A stretch of DNA of 64,000 nt from Eledone cirrhosa (Eukaryota). The stretch covers positions 188,604,001 through 188,668,000 of the forward strand of contig OZ024743.1 of NCBI GenBank assembly GCA_964016885.1, read 5' to 3'. How positions within the stretch are numbered: position 1 is the stretch's first letter; each line of letters starts with the position of its first letter. Position numbers and translations under genes: made by a program. The notes beneath the pieces are model-generated. The model saw nothing but the letters and a program-made list of their open reading frames with translations, did not search any database and was not told the DNA's origin. Shown piece by piece: positions 27,196 through 40,648 of the stretch.

Positions 27196-27476
27196 AAGGC
27201 GTAGTGGTTAGAGCATTGGGCTTGCAATCGAAAGGTTGTGAGTTCAATTCTCGAAGCGGGTGATGTGTTGCTTTCTTGAGCAAGACACATTATTTCACAT
27301 TGCTCCAGTTTACTTAGCTGTAGAAATGAGATGATAGGACTGGAATCCCTATCATTCCACTGCAAAGTGGTCGTGGAGGTGCCACGGCAAAAAAGCAGGC
27401 GGAACTGAAGAAAAAGCACCCAAGAGCAAGACAAGGTCAGCCGACCGGACACTGCAACTGCGATGATGATGATGAT
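27196..27476 (+). mobile_element. tRNA-derived SINE family 1 variant (different tail)
   Basis: Head and core match 60216-60420; (GAT)n end. Confidence 0.8.
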
Positions 27477-27590
27477 ATACATATAAATAAATACATATAT
27501 ATATATATATATATACACATATGAATAAATATATATATATATATATACAATATATTAATAAATGGAAACTATATTTATAAAACCATAATT

Positions 27591-27654
27591 ATTTTATTAT
27601 ATATATTTCAAGGGCGACCAAGGTAAATTATGGTGCGCTTTCATCAGATAAAAT
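27591..27654 (-). ncRNA. Minimal type I hammerhead ribozyme
   Basis: ATTTTAT-CTGATGA-AAGCGCACC...GGTCGCCCTT-GAAA-TATATA-TA-ATAAAAT. Confidence 0.8.
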
Positions 27655-27731
27655 ACAGATTTGTTTTATAAATAAATATTGACATACCCGGAAAAAAGGC
27701 AACCTCAACGGTTGAAATTCGCTGGATAGTA

Positions 27732-27794
27732 ATTTTATCTGATGAAAGCGCACCTTAATATACCTTGGTCGCCCTTGAAATATATATAATAAAT
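27732..27794 (+). ncRNA. Minimal type I hammerhead ribozyme (inverted partner)
   Basis: CTGATGA 27739-27745, GAAA 27777-27780, TATATATA, ATAAA. Confidence 0.75.
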
Positions 27795-27917
27795 ATAGTT
27801 TCCATTTATTAATATATTGTGTATTTACTCCACTAACTTGTTGAGTGCTTTATATCAGTTATAAAAATGTTTAAGCTTGTTGAATCCCAACAAATTAAAT
27901 ATAACCTCTGCATATAT

Positions 27918-28310
27918 ATCATCATCATCATCATCATCAACGTTTAACGTCCGTCTTCCACGCTTGCATGGGTTTGGACGGGGGTTTTCCCACTTGAGGC
28001 AAGAGTGATTGTCTTGCTCGCATAGGACTTTCTGGCAGGTTTTCTACAGTTGGATGCCCTTCCTAACACCAACCACATTTACAGTGTGGGTCTGGGAGGT
28101 ATTTACCGTGTTGCCTACACGGCCACATTACAGCGTGGACTGTGTGTTTTTTTGTCGTGACACCTACACGATCTCATTTGTTTCGGCCTGGATGGTGTGG
28201 CACCAATATAACTTTACATAGAAGGGGGCAGTGTGGACGGGGTGGGGTGGTGGGACGGGGGTGTATTTTGTTAGAGATGCCTACTGACTGTAGTAGGTTT
28301 TACTATGTAT
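27918..28310 (-). mobile_element. RTE family 2 3' UTR
   Basis: Near-identical to 23052-23426. Confidence 0.8.
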
Positions 28311-28329
28311 TTAGGTAAGGCGGGTCTTC

Positions 28330-28365
<36 letters not shown>

Positions 28366-28404
28366 ATAAGGAAAAGCGAAGTGATTTCAGATGTTCAAGT
28401 TCTT

Positions 28405-28584
28405 TAATAATAATTGTTTCTCCTTTAGGCACAAGGCCAGCAATTACCCAGTGCATTACTGGTACTTTATTTTATCGACCCCGGAAGGATGAAAGGCAAA
28501 GTCAACCTCGGCGGGATTTGAACTCAGATCGTAAAGTGACGTAACTATGCTGGAAAGCATGGCGTCCGACCCTCTACCGATAAT
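28405..28584 (-). mobile_element. tRNA-derived SINE family 2 (Meta/Sauria-like central box)
   Basis: GAGTTCAAATCCCGCCGAGGTTGACTTTGCCTTTCATCC...GTCGATAAAATAAAGTACCAG...AGAAACAATTATTA; further copies near 38210, 41420, 44200, 44690, 48120, 50270, 50715, 51222, 54870, 60725 and 61640. Confidence 0.8.
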
Positions 28585-28658
28585 GCTGTGATATATATTT
28601 CAATGGCGACAGTGGCCACACTGTTCCGTGCGCCAGTGCCGCGACATCGTCAGACAGC
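28585..28658 (-). ncRNA. Type I hammerhead ribozyme with GC-rich stem II
   Basis: GCTGT-CTGACGA-TGTCGCGGCACTGGCGCAC..GTGTGGCCACTGTCGCCATT-GAAA-TATATA-TC-ACAGC. Confidence 0.82.
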
Positions 28659-29772
28659 TTGTTACATAATAAGGTTATGTTTCCGAGGCAATCCAAATTG
28701 AATCGACATTGGAATGGACGAAGTGTGTGCTCTTGGGTTCTTCATCCGTTCCCTTGTAAGTACCAATTCACCCCCACCGGTCTGCGCAGGCGCCGGTCCG
28801 AAGGAATTTGGCCATTAGCTACCGCAGATTTCAACGAAATTCGCCTAATCAGTTCCCCCTCTCAACCAAATAATGACCCATTCAGGCCTGTTATATATAG
28901 CTTACTTCTAGCCACCCCGTCAGTGGCAGTCAGCCGAAAGCCAGTGGGGATGGGAGAGTGTTAGTATCAATAGGTTTCAATACTACCCCTCATTAAGCAT
29001 GGACAGTATAATTGACCATCAACCTCTAAGAGAAAATATACTTAATTCTAGGTATCATGGTTTCACAGTGGAAGTTATAAATGAGAGTTGGAAATTAGAA
29101 CTAAAAATTAAAAGTTAAAAATCGAAAATCAGAAATCAAATATTAAAAATTAAAAATTAAAAAGATTTATAAGTGAGAATCTAGATTGAGGTGAGTAAAA
29201 AAAATATAGATTGAAGTGAGTAAAAAATATATGCACCTACACTATCTACTACGTAGGGGGATGTTTAAGAAAGAAGTTTTCAAAGGGGTATTAATGTTAT
29301 AGATATATTATCTACATACTGAACGATAGTACCGTACAGTAGAACGGAGGGTAAATTACAGTATGAAAGGTAGTAGTTAGGCGAGTACCTAGTTAGTATT
29401 TCCATCACATGGAACATAACCCCCCCAAAAAACACAGATATAAAGAACACAAAAGAAAAAATATCCAATAAATGTAAAAAACACATACCCTACATATATG
29501 CAAAATGAGATATGAGATACATTATTAATATGATTGTCAATTTGTCCATATATAGATTGAATTGAGGGGGCTTCTGTTCAAATGCGATTTGGTGCAGGAA
29601 AATAGGGGTTTATTGTTGTTCTTGTTTCCGCGTATTTAACCTGCCGAAAGTTATTTTTATGTCCTTCCAGTATCAGGGATGTCCATCCTCGTGGTAGAGG
29701 GAATTTCCGGGTGTAGCTGGTGGCTTGTCCCTCTTCTCTCCACTATATCGGTTACATCATAGAGCGCTCAAC

Positions 29773-30378
<606 letters not shown>

Positions 30379-30381
<3 letters not shown>

Positions 30382-32298
30382 AGAAGGTTATAGTTCACTT
30401 GAATCATTGTGTAATGAGGTATATTGTATATGTATAATAAAGCCAAAACAATGCAGGTATGGACATAGAATAAAGAATGCAAATTCAAAAGATATTGTTG
30501 ACAATTAGTCTTTTACCTTAGATTTATTTAAATGTCATTAATTTTCGAGATAATATCTCTTCTTCGGAGGGAAGTAAAGCGGTTAAACCAGTGTTCTAAA
30601 TAGCTTGCCAAGTCATGCTGACAGGAAATGGTATAGAGTATCTGTTCTACCTCTAATGTCAAAGAGTTAAGGTTAGGTGGATAAAGAGTAGTCTCCCTTT
30701 AAATGGGTTTTTTTTGTACATGCCTGTTTAAGTGTGTGGGAGAATGCATGAAGGTGTAAGTATGTGAATGTGTGTGTGTGAGTGTGAGAAGATATGTCTA
30801 TACGTGAATGTGGGGGATAGATGTTATCTCGTGTTAGAACTAGTCTTTGTGTGTGTGTGTATGTGTGTGTGTGAGAGAGAATAAGTGGAGGTGTAAGCAT
30901 GTGTGTGTGTGTGTGTGTGTGCGTGCGTGTGTGTGTGCGTGGGGTGTGTGTGGGGTGTGTGTGTAAATATGGGGCTAGAAGCTCTATCAAGTTATAAATT
31001 GCTTGTTGAGTTCTAGTCTATTATTGATTGGTGGTTGTGTTTTGTCTATAATTAGTGCTTCCTTAATTCTAAGATTGCCGAGGTTTCTTTCCTTAGTTTC
31101 TATCCTAACTGTTATGGTTTTGTCGGTGTTTTTGCATTTAACTAGGTGTTTCTTAAATGAGGAAGCGTTAGTATTGAGGTGTTCTTTTATTCTTATGTGG
31201 AGTGGTCTGGAGGTGCTACCTACGTAGAAGTTGCTGCATTTGTCACACTCTAGTCTGTATACGACGTAAGCCTGGTGGCATAGGTCTGTGTCGTTGATGG
31301 GGCAGTTGGCTAGCCTGCAGCAGTTGTCATGTCTAGTGGAGTGTCTTTTGGTTAGCTGTCCGCGTAGAGAAGGACCTGTGTGGGCCAGTTGGATATCTAG
31401 TCCCCCTCGTCTGATAGCTCTGCGGATGGCTGTTGTTGTTTCGTCACTGAAGTGTGGGAGCTTCAGGAAGCAAGTGTTAGTGCCTCGGGTGTGGTGTCCT
31501 CTGTTCTTTCTGGCACGGTTTGTGGTGGATGTCGTGTATCCGTTAAGTTTGAGTACTTCCAGGAAATGTGTGGTGTGTGTGTCTTGGTCTTAGCGTCGGT
31601 GCATTTGTTCCGGATACGTGTTACTTCGTTCCTTATGTATCCGAACTTAGCGCCGGCTGGGAGGGCCGATCTGAAATGTACGAACAGGTCCCTGCTGGCG
31701 GCTTTTTTATAGAAGCAGGTGTCGGTGTTGCCTTCCTCTGTTACCCTGAGTTGGAAGTCCAGTAGGGATAGGGATCCGCGGTCATCGGGGTGTTCCATGC
31801 TGAACCTTATACTGGCGTCCATGCTGGAGAATGTTGTGTATATTTTAACAATATATATATATACAAAGACCAGTTCTAACACGAGATAACATCTATCCCC
31901 CACATTTACGTATAGACATATCTTCTCACACTCACACACACACACTCACATACTAACACCTTCATGCATTCTCCCACACACTTAAACAGGCATGTACAAA
32001 AAAAAACCCTTTTAAAGGGAGACTACTCTTTATCCACCTAATCTTAACTCATTGACATTAGAGATAGATACTCATTGACATTAGAGATAGATACTCTATA
32101 CCATTTCCTGTCAGCAAGCTATTTAGAACACTGGTTTAACAGCTTTACTTCCCTCCGAAGAAGAGATATTATCTTGAAAATTAAGGACATTTAAATAAAT
32201 CTAAGGTAAAAGACTAATTGTCAACAATATCTTTTGCATTTGCATTCTTTATTCTATGTCCATACCTGCATTGTTTGGGCTTTATTATACATATACAA
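30379..32298 (-). mobile_element. Penelope-like element (Naiad-like), 5'-truncated with inverted pLTR
   Basis: IR 30424-30851/31862-32298; coding remnant between the arms; CCGAAGA-variant hammerheads near 30535-30572 (-) and 32150-32187 (+). Confidence 0.85.
30987..31838 (-). pseudogene. PLE RT thumb plus GIY-YIG endonuclease (one frameshift)
   Basis: IRFSMEHPDDRGSLSLLDF...FYKK...SALP; then LKLPHF...CRLANCPIND..LC...VVYRLECDKCSNFYVGSTSRPLHIRIKEH...KKH...LRIKEALII..QPPINNR. The endonuclease part is missing from the ORF track. Confidence 0.85.
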
Positions 32299-32349
32299 AC
32301 GTATATATACATATATATATACACACACACATATATATATATATATACG

Positions 32350-32405
<56 letters not shown>

Positions 32406-32488
32406 TATATATATACATACATACATATATATATATGTATATATATATAAATACATATATACACAATATATATATATGTGTGTGTGTG

Positions 32489-32543
<55 letters not shown>

Positions 32544-32546
<3 letters not shown>

Positions 32547-32783
32547 GATGATGTTGCAGATGTGCAACGATAGAACTTTGTTAGACTATATATATATATA
32601 TATGTGTTTATATCTGTATTTTTGACCGTTGGTCAGCCAATGATAAACATTGAGGACCAAATAAATTAACTGTGGAGATATAAAAGATACACAAGCGAAA
32701 ACCAACCAAACAGTGAGTGTGTTCTGTTATTATTTCTGGCAATATTATTACAACAATATAACCCTCCCCAAGTATAACAATAT
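32544..32783 (+). mobile_element. pLTR-only copy of the 1918-2863 PLE family
   Basis: GATGTTGCAGATGTGCAACGA...AAAACCAACCAAACAGTGAGTGTG...ACCCTCCCCAAGTATAACAA; hammerhead core damaged. Confidence 0.75.
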
Positions 32784-32799
32784 ATATATATACATATAA

Positions 32800-33277
<478 letters not shown>

Positions 33278-33340
33278 ATATATATATATATCTGTGTGTG
33301 TATATATATATATATATATGTGCGTATATATATATATATA

Positions 33341-33371
<31 letters not shown>

Positions 33372-33392
33372 GTGTGTATATATATATACATA

Positions 33393-33786
33393 TAAATAAA
33401 TATAACCAAAGATTAATATGGTTCATTGATTACTCAATGAATATAGTTTTACAATAGATTAACAGCACTCTACAAAGAAGTTTTCTCTAGTTATTAATAT
33501 TATTCAGAATATTAATAAATGAAGACATTCACATAATCAAATTATATGTTTTATTATATATATTTCGAAGGTACTGTGTTGTTTTGTCAGTACGTCCTCA
33601 ATACTCCCAATACTGGAATTGAACCATCAAGACCGTTGAGGTATGTCATACATCAATTCATGTAGTTTATCTGACGAGGGCGTACTGAAAAAACAGCACA
33701 GTACCTTTAAAATATATATAATAAAACATATCTTGATTATGTGAATGTCTTCATTTATTAATATTCTGAATAATATAAATAAATAT
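33393..33786 (-). mobile_element. Fold-back element related to family A
   Basis: IR ~33497-33600/33675-33777; CTGACGA-GGGCGTACTG..CAGTACCTT hammerhead; shares GACATACC and GAGTGCT motifs with family A. Confidence 0.6.
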
Positions 33787-33844
33787 ATATATATACATAT
33801 ATTGGGATTGGTGCCCTGAAATAGCGATGTATACATGAATGTAT

Positions 33845-34214
33845 GTATAGTATATTTGGCAATATACCGTATGTTTAATTAAAAAACATTTAGAAGACCA
33901 TACGCTATCGGTTTTAAAGAAGCTGGATTCTTATAGAATTCCAATAATAATCAGGAGCTAATTATACAGAGTTCTTGATTCAGCTGCTGATTATTACTGG
34001 AATTCTATAAGAATCCAACGCACATAATTTTCAGCAAACAGTAGGGGTAGTGAACTTTGGTAAGTACCAAAAGGTACGAAACAGCTCTGTCAGTTTATCT
34101 CCCCTGTTTGCTGAAGATTTAAATAAGTGACATTGTCATTATTTTAAAACAATAGCGTATGGTCTTCAAAATGCTTTTAATTAAGCATACAGTGTATTGC
34201 AAATTACACTATAT
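33845..34214 (+). mobile_element. Branched fold-back element with decayed hammerhead
   Basis: Outer IR 33845-33918/34143-34214, hairpin 33925-34017, second arm 34030-34115 with GTACC-AAAA-GGTAC-GAAA-CAGCTCTG-TC. Confidence 0.6.
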
Positions 34215-34222
34215 ATATATTC

Positions 34223-34255
<33 letters not shown>

Positions 34256-34263
34256 TATATATA

Positions 34264-34911
34264 CATGAAAAGAACATGCTTTTTTCATTACAGGGTATTT
34301 TTACCACTGGAGTGAAAGATATATAAACTGTTTTTATTTTGAAGAGCCTGGAAAATTTTCCTTGAGTTCATTATATTACAGGGAACAACACGAGTCCTTT
34401 ACTCTGTTTCTTCGTTTGATATTTTAGCTCCCCACACCTCGCTGGTGAAACACAATTTAACTTGAATGATCATATGCTAAACTTTCTAGCAGTTTTACTC
34501 AACCATTCAGACCATCATATACAGTTATAAGCATGCATTTCTCTTACCATGTGCTGAAGACTAGTTTCTAACTTAACATTAGAAACGCAAGCCACATAAT
34601 CTGAAACACCAGCTGAAGAACTATGGATAATGTGATCTTTGCTGCGTATTAGCGAAACAATCCCTCCATGGGACTGTACAGGTGTAATAGTTATTGAGGT
34701 ACTTTTTAAAATTTATTAACCTGTTTGATTATAATGTTTTTCTCATACCTTTCACAGTTTGTATGTCTTTCACTCTGGTGGTAAAAAAAACTTGTAATGA
34801 AAAAGCATGTTCTTTTCATGTATTCTCTCCTATATATTTGAAAAGCCCGGAAAATTTTCTTTGAGCTCATTATATTACAGGGAACAACACGAGTCCATTA
34901 CTCCGCTGCTT

Positions 34912-34920
<9 letters not shown>
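34264..34920 (+). mobile_element. Non-coding ~499-nt unit with terminal redundancy and inverted 5' piece
   Basis: Direct repeat 34337-34422/34836-34920; IR 34264-34331/34754-34822; two CTGAAGA...GAAA motifs at 34554-34660. Confidence 0.6.
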
Positions 34921-34931
<11 letters not shown>

Positions 34932-34953
<22 letters not shown>

Positions 34954-35418
34954 TTAGGTTTGTTGGTTCACCACTGGATAGAATTGGTCATTCCGTATGG
35001 TCAATCTCGATGTAATATTATGGAGAGTACTCAACGTAATGCAGCTCACCCGTCTTCGTTTGTGAAGTTGGTGGTGCGAGTACGAAGTTAAGTATTATAA
35101 TAAAATAACAGGAGGCTGGACTTGTGTAAATCCTTGAAAGGTTTAATATACTATGATCATTTCAATGACCGGGTTCCGGTGATATCATCAGGTATTCGAA
35201 ATATAACAAAGGAATATAACAGACAAAATTCATGGGGCTGAAAATCATAAACAAGAGGATGACCGACCATCTACCATCTTCTGCCTTAGTCGGTCGCCCT
35301 CAAGTCAAATACCTGATTATATCACCGGATTCATACGGAACCCGGTCATTGAAATGATCATAGTATAATAAACCTTTCAAGGATTTACACAAGTCCAGCC
35401 TCCTGTTATTTTATTATA
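34932..35418. mobile_element. Non-coding hammerhead element family C (fold-back copy)
   Basis: IR 35095-35196/35308-35417; same family as 56910-57533. Confidence 0.7.
35148..35195 (-). ncRNA. Minimal type I hammerhead ribozyme
   Basis: ATAC-CTGATGA-TATC-ACCGG-AAC-CCGGT-CATT-GAAA-TGATCA-TA-GTAT; the plus partner 35309-35366 has CTGATTA. Confidence 0.78.
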
Positions 35419-35459
35419 TATATATATATGTGTGTGTGTGTCTGTGTGTGTGTGTGTAC

Positions 35460-36137
35460 TATAGAGAAGAAAACACGAGAGAGTGTCTGTTTATCAAATT
35501 ACAGGAAATACGACTAGCTATTGGAACCTATAAACTAAGAAAGGTGAGGCAGATACATTATAATTAAAAAGATAAATTAAAATGAAAAAAAAAACACCTT
35601 TATAACTATATATCACACACGTACACACTCTGAGAGATTGTTTCGCCAGAAAATCAGTGTTTGAATTGAATTTACCGAGGTTCATTAGCGTGTGTTAGCT
35701 GTATACATTCCCAACAATTCTAAGTGAGCTTCAAGTAACTGACTTGCAACATGTGGGAGAAGGAAATGTATGTACGAGACGGTAGGCCAGTGGTTTGAGT
35801 GGGGTGAACTGCTAGAAATTGCAGCCCAAAACCACTCAAATTAAGGTGCTCAACAAAACAGAGAGAAAACTGTTCAAAATGAAGTAACGGAGTCAAACAC
35901 TCGCGTTAGTCCCTGTAATTCATGAACTCAAAGGAAAAAGAATCCCGGGAACTTCAAATATAATATAGAACTTATAAACTAAGTTCCGTACGCTAGTGGT
36001 ATTCCCTGTAATTTGATAAACACACTCTCTCTGGTGTGTTTTCTTCTCTATATTTGAAGAGTCTGGATTTCTTTTTCCTTTGTACTCCTATATTACAGGG
36101 ACTAACGCGATTTTCTGACTTCGTTACTGCATTTTGA
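35460..36137 (-). mobile_element. Diverged copy of the ~500-nt family with permuted inverted segment
   Basis: A 35460-35518 pairs with 35992-36052; B 35875-35962 pairs with 36049-36136. Confidence 0.6.
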
Positions 36138-36180
36138 TATACATATATACATATATATATATACAGTATATATATATACA

Positions 36181-36240
<60 letters not shown>

Positions 36241-36724
36241 ATACTTTGAGAGGGTCGTGTTGCCAATAAGAAACACACGCACCAGTAGCTTTCACTTCAA
36301 TTTATTATAAATTAAATTTATAAATTTAGGAATTTATAAATTTCCGGTTGGTTGGTTGGTTCCACAACCAGATGATTTTTCATATATTGTCAAAGTTCTT
36401 TTGTCACACATTCTGTGACCTCTTCAGTGACTGGGATTATTTTCTGTTTTTGTGCCTCTCCTTTGTTCTGCCCTACGCCATCTTGTTTTTGTGTGTGTCG
36501 TGTGCTTAGTTTGCGCATGTGTTATATCCGGGTGTCTGTGTGTGTTTATATTTGTTTATTTACATGTTACTGGTTGGTTGTTTGTTCTGTGTGTGTGTGT
36601 TTTCATTTTGTCCTTAATTGTAAGGACAAAATGAAAACACACACATAGAACAATATCGGTTTCAACACACGTTTGCAGATAAAGAATCTTGCTAAACAAA
36701 TTCAGAAACGAATTATACATACAT

Positions 36725-36812
<88 letters not shown>

Positions 36813-37650
36813 TATTACTATTATTTGGGGAAAGGCAGTACAGTGCAAGTTAGAACTAGAAGAGTGGAAAATAGAGTAAATTAAGAAAAATAGAACAAAT
36901 AAACAGTTTATACTTTTACATCATAATTCACGATATTTTGACTTTAGGATTGCTTTTTACAAAGGAAAGGGAATAGTGTGTTGCTTGTCGCTCAGCCTAC
37001 AAGATGTAGCAGCTAAATTTCATTCAAACCACATGTTCCCATCTTATAAAAAGAAGACATTTGTTCATGGCTATATAAATTATAGGTTTGCTGACATAAG
37101 GATGACCTGAGACGAAAAGAGAGTTCCACCACAACCTTTATCATCATCCTCATTGTCACCCTAAGCATTATTGTTATCATCATCGTCATTGCCATAGACA
37201 TCATCATTATCTTTATCAGCAGTGTCAATTTCTCTGGTTTGATAAGGCAAATGTAAATGTCAGAATGCAAAGATAGTATATATTTGTAAAACATCAAATA
37301 TTTTAACATTATGTTGAATAACATTTGTTATTCATAGAGAAATTTGGAAAACGTGAAGGAAAATTGTATTCAATAACTCTTTTACCTGTGGCATGCTGAA
37401 GAGAAAACTCTTTTGTCCTGGTTATTTATCTAGAAATGAATACATATATTCAGTCAATAGATTAATGAATGAAATTTCCATTACATATTCTATTAAACAG
37501 CTTTCATTTCTACTATGTTAAGGAATTGAATATCACACACCACACTACCTCACATAAAGCACACTCAATACATACATGATATGTATGCTTATGTCATATA
37601 AATCTGCGAGTGTATTTGTGAATGTATAATATATATATATGTGCACATTC

Positions 37651-37692
<42 letters not shown>

Positions 37693-38754
37693 TATATACT
37701 GAGAAAGAAAGTGAGAGTTTTGGTCTTGAAATTACAGGCATAGTTTCAATGCATTGAAATGTTTTGGCACTCACCATATCTAGAAATTGAGACAGACTAT
37801 TTGTATATACATATATCACCATCATCATCATCATTTAGCATCAGTTTTTCATGCGTGCATTAGTTGGATGGTTCTTCTTCACACAGTCTCCTTATTACTT
37901 TCACATATAATATATATATATATATTATTCTTTTGTAATCTTTGTCGCATCCACTGATACTGACCTCAACATCTCCACTTTGTAAATATGACACTGTTGA
38001 TGACAACACTAATATCTATGTATCTTTATGATCATTCTGTGGAATAGGAAGCTAATTATATGTCTAAACTTTGATAGTGCTCCAATGATTCCAAAAGAAA
38101 GTTTGGAAGAAACGATTGTCACCAATAAGATATTTTGAACATAGTTTTGATTATTCTGTAATTTCTATATATGTATATTAATGAATATATATATATATGA
38201 TCATCGTTATTTCGGACGCCATGCTTTGATGTATAGAGTTACAGCCCTTTCCAATCTGAGTTCAAATCCCGCCAAGGTTAACTTTGCCTTTCATCCTTAC
38301 GGAGTCGATAAAATAAAGTACCAGTAATGCACTAGGTAATTGCTGGCCTTGTGCCAAAAGTAGAAACAATTATTTAACGTCTTCTTTCCTGGCTATCAAA
38401 TACATATTATTGCGCAAAAATTGAATATCACTGTTGTAATTAATGCTTTCTGTATTTTGATTCTTAAGGTTATATTTTGAATGCATAACATATTTCGTGT
38501 AAATAATACATGTAACAGTAAGATATTTTATTTGATCCCAATATATTTTGGTTCAAGTATGTTACAACACCAGTGTATATAAAACCTGTATGCATTTTGT
38601 ATGTCTTCCACAATACCTGCTGCTCATAAACCCTGTCTGCTCATAACATTCATCAACATATCTTTACTACATACATGAATCCACATTAAGGCACAATGTA
38701 TAGAACATGAATATGTTTCTTTTAATATGCATACATTAAGGTAGATAAGAAACT

Positions 38755-39568
38755 ACAATGCTTAGACAAGCAGGAGGCGTTTCTCACCCTGAAGGATCAC
38801 AAGGTAGACTTTGCTTCTAATCCTACGTGTAGACGACTAAACCCGGCACGCACAGAAATTGGACTAGTCAGTAAGGCTATACTTAGAAACATAGTTAAGA
38901 CCATTAACCAAGTCCAACCTGTTCCAGAGGGAGAACAGCGACTCCGTCATTAAGTTGTTTAACTCCTCAACTCCCAAAACGAGAAGATCATGCAATTCGA
39001 CATTGTAGATTTTTACCCGTCGATCTCAGAGACCCTGTTAAACAAAGCGTTGGACTTTGCTACCACTTACACTAATGTCCATGTTTTAGACAGGGAGATC
39101 ATCGCACACTGCCGGAAAACCCTCCTCTTCAACAACGGAGTAGCCTGGGCAAAGAAGTCAACCACTTCAGAACTATTCGACGCCTCTATGGGATCATTTG
39201 AGAGTGCTGATGTATGCGACTTGGTTGGCCTATTTATTTTAGACATATTATGTTAGATTCCCTGACTTCCACACGGGAATATACCGCGACGATGGCCTGA
39301 CCTTATAGAGCCATAAAAGTGGTCACGACCTGGACCGGTTTAAAAAGATTTAACTTCTACCTTTAATGAGTAGAACTTAGGATAACGGTAGCTACCAACC
39401 TCTCTAGCGTAGATTTCTTAGACATTAATTTAGACCTTCGCACACATACCTTCAGACCCTTCCATAAGCTAAACGAAAAACTTAATTACATACACAAGGA
39501 CTCATGCCAGCCTTCTACTGTTTTTAGAAACTTCGTAAATAATATCAGTACTAGAATCTCCAACCTGG
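38755..39568 (+). pseudogene. Decayed PLE reverse transcriptase (Hydra-clade-like)
   Basis: AFLTLKDHK..F..NPTCR.LNP; QFDIVDFYPSISE; MGSFESADVCDLVGLFIL; GIYRDDGL; DFLDINL; NNISTRISNL. Confidence 0.85.
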
Positions 39569-40084
39569 TGGGAGGAAGTGTTTGAGAGTGGAATGGAGCT
39601 GGCGGAAAAAGATTTGAGATTGGGCATGATGAAGGTACTGGAAAGATGGGAGTAAGAAGAGTATAGTGGAGGAAAAGTGATAGAGAGTTGTGGTATATTT
39701 AAATAATTCAGGAAGTAAAGAAAATATCAGTAATACAAAATGATTTCCTTGTGGAAGTTTAGGTAAACGCCAGATGTAGATCCCGTCCATTATCACACAG
39801 ATGCTTGTACATTCACCCCTAGATTACTATGGCTTTGTATATTCAGAAACATATACTCTTACAGCTGATACAGACCAACAAAATATGCACACACACACCT
39901 CTACTTTTCCCTTCACAGTTCTGTATATACAGACACACACTCCCTTTTAATAACATACTTTTGCTCACAGCTTGGTACTTACAAGCACACACACTTTTTA
40001 CTTACATACACACACACTTACTCTCTTAGCTTCGTACGGACGTATAATAGCAAATACGCACACGCAAATATATAGCTCTATATA

Positions 40085-40405
40085 CAAAACGTTTTTTTTT
40101 TTCCATTTCAGGTAGACGCGCTCCATGATCCACTTTTCTAAAAGATATATCATACACAAAACGTCAGCATCAACAGTTTTCCAGGAGATGGCAACATGAA
40201 TAGACCTGTTATTTTTCTCTAAAAACATTTTTTTTCCGATTCAACACTGCCCGTCCCTTCTATCTTTCTAATTTCTCATTCTTTCTACTGAGAAAGGACT
40301 AGCATCCAAAATATTAAGACCGTCTTCCTGCTATTTCAAGCGTTAAACTAATATATTCCTTTTGTATACTGTACTGACGTGCTGGTATTTCTGTTTACCT
40401 TTTAC
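40085..40405 (+). mobile_element. pLTR-like repeat family B with degenerate hammerhead
   Basis: Homologous to 55130-55265, 58105-58375 (-) and 59925-60195. Confidence 0.65.
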
Positions 40406-40576
40406 ATACATACATGCACACATACTCATATATATATATATATATATATAGTAATAATAATAAATTTGAAGACTAAAATCCAAAGAGGGCTCGATAAGGA
40501 TAAATATATATCAAATATATAAGAACCGTAGAGCAAAAATTTATTAAATCTGTTATTTTAATATATATATTTGTTA

Positions 40577-40648
<72 letters not shown>

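Larger units (their letters stand above)
27546..27912 (+). mobile_element. Short fold-back element family A with two opposed hammerheads
   Basis: IR 27546-27655/27732-27820; tail homologous to 285-403. Confidence 0.7.

Noticed and set aside
30987-30989. TGA as selenocysteine in a Naiad-like PLE
   Set aside because: It falls at the normal end of the endonuclease, not at a conserved Cys, and I identified no SECIS.
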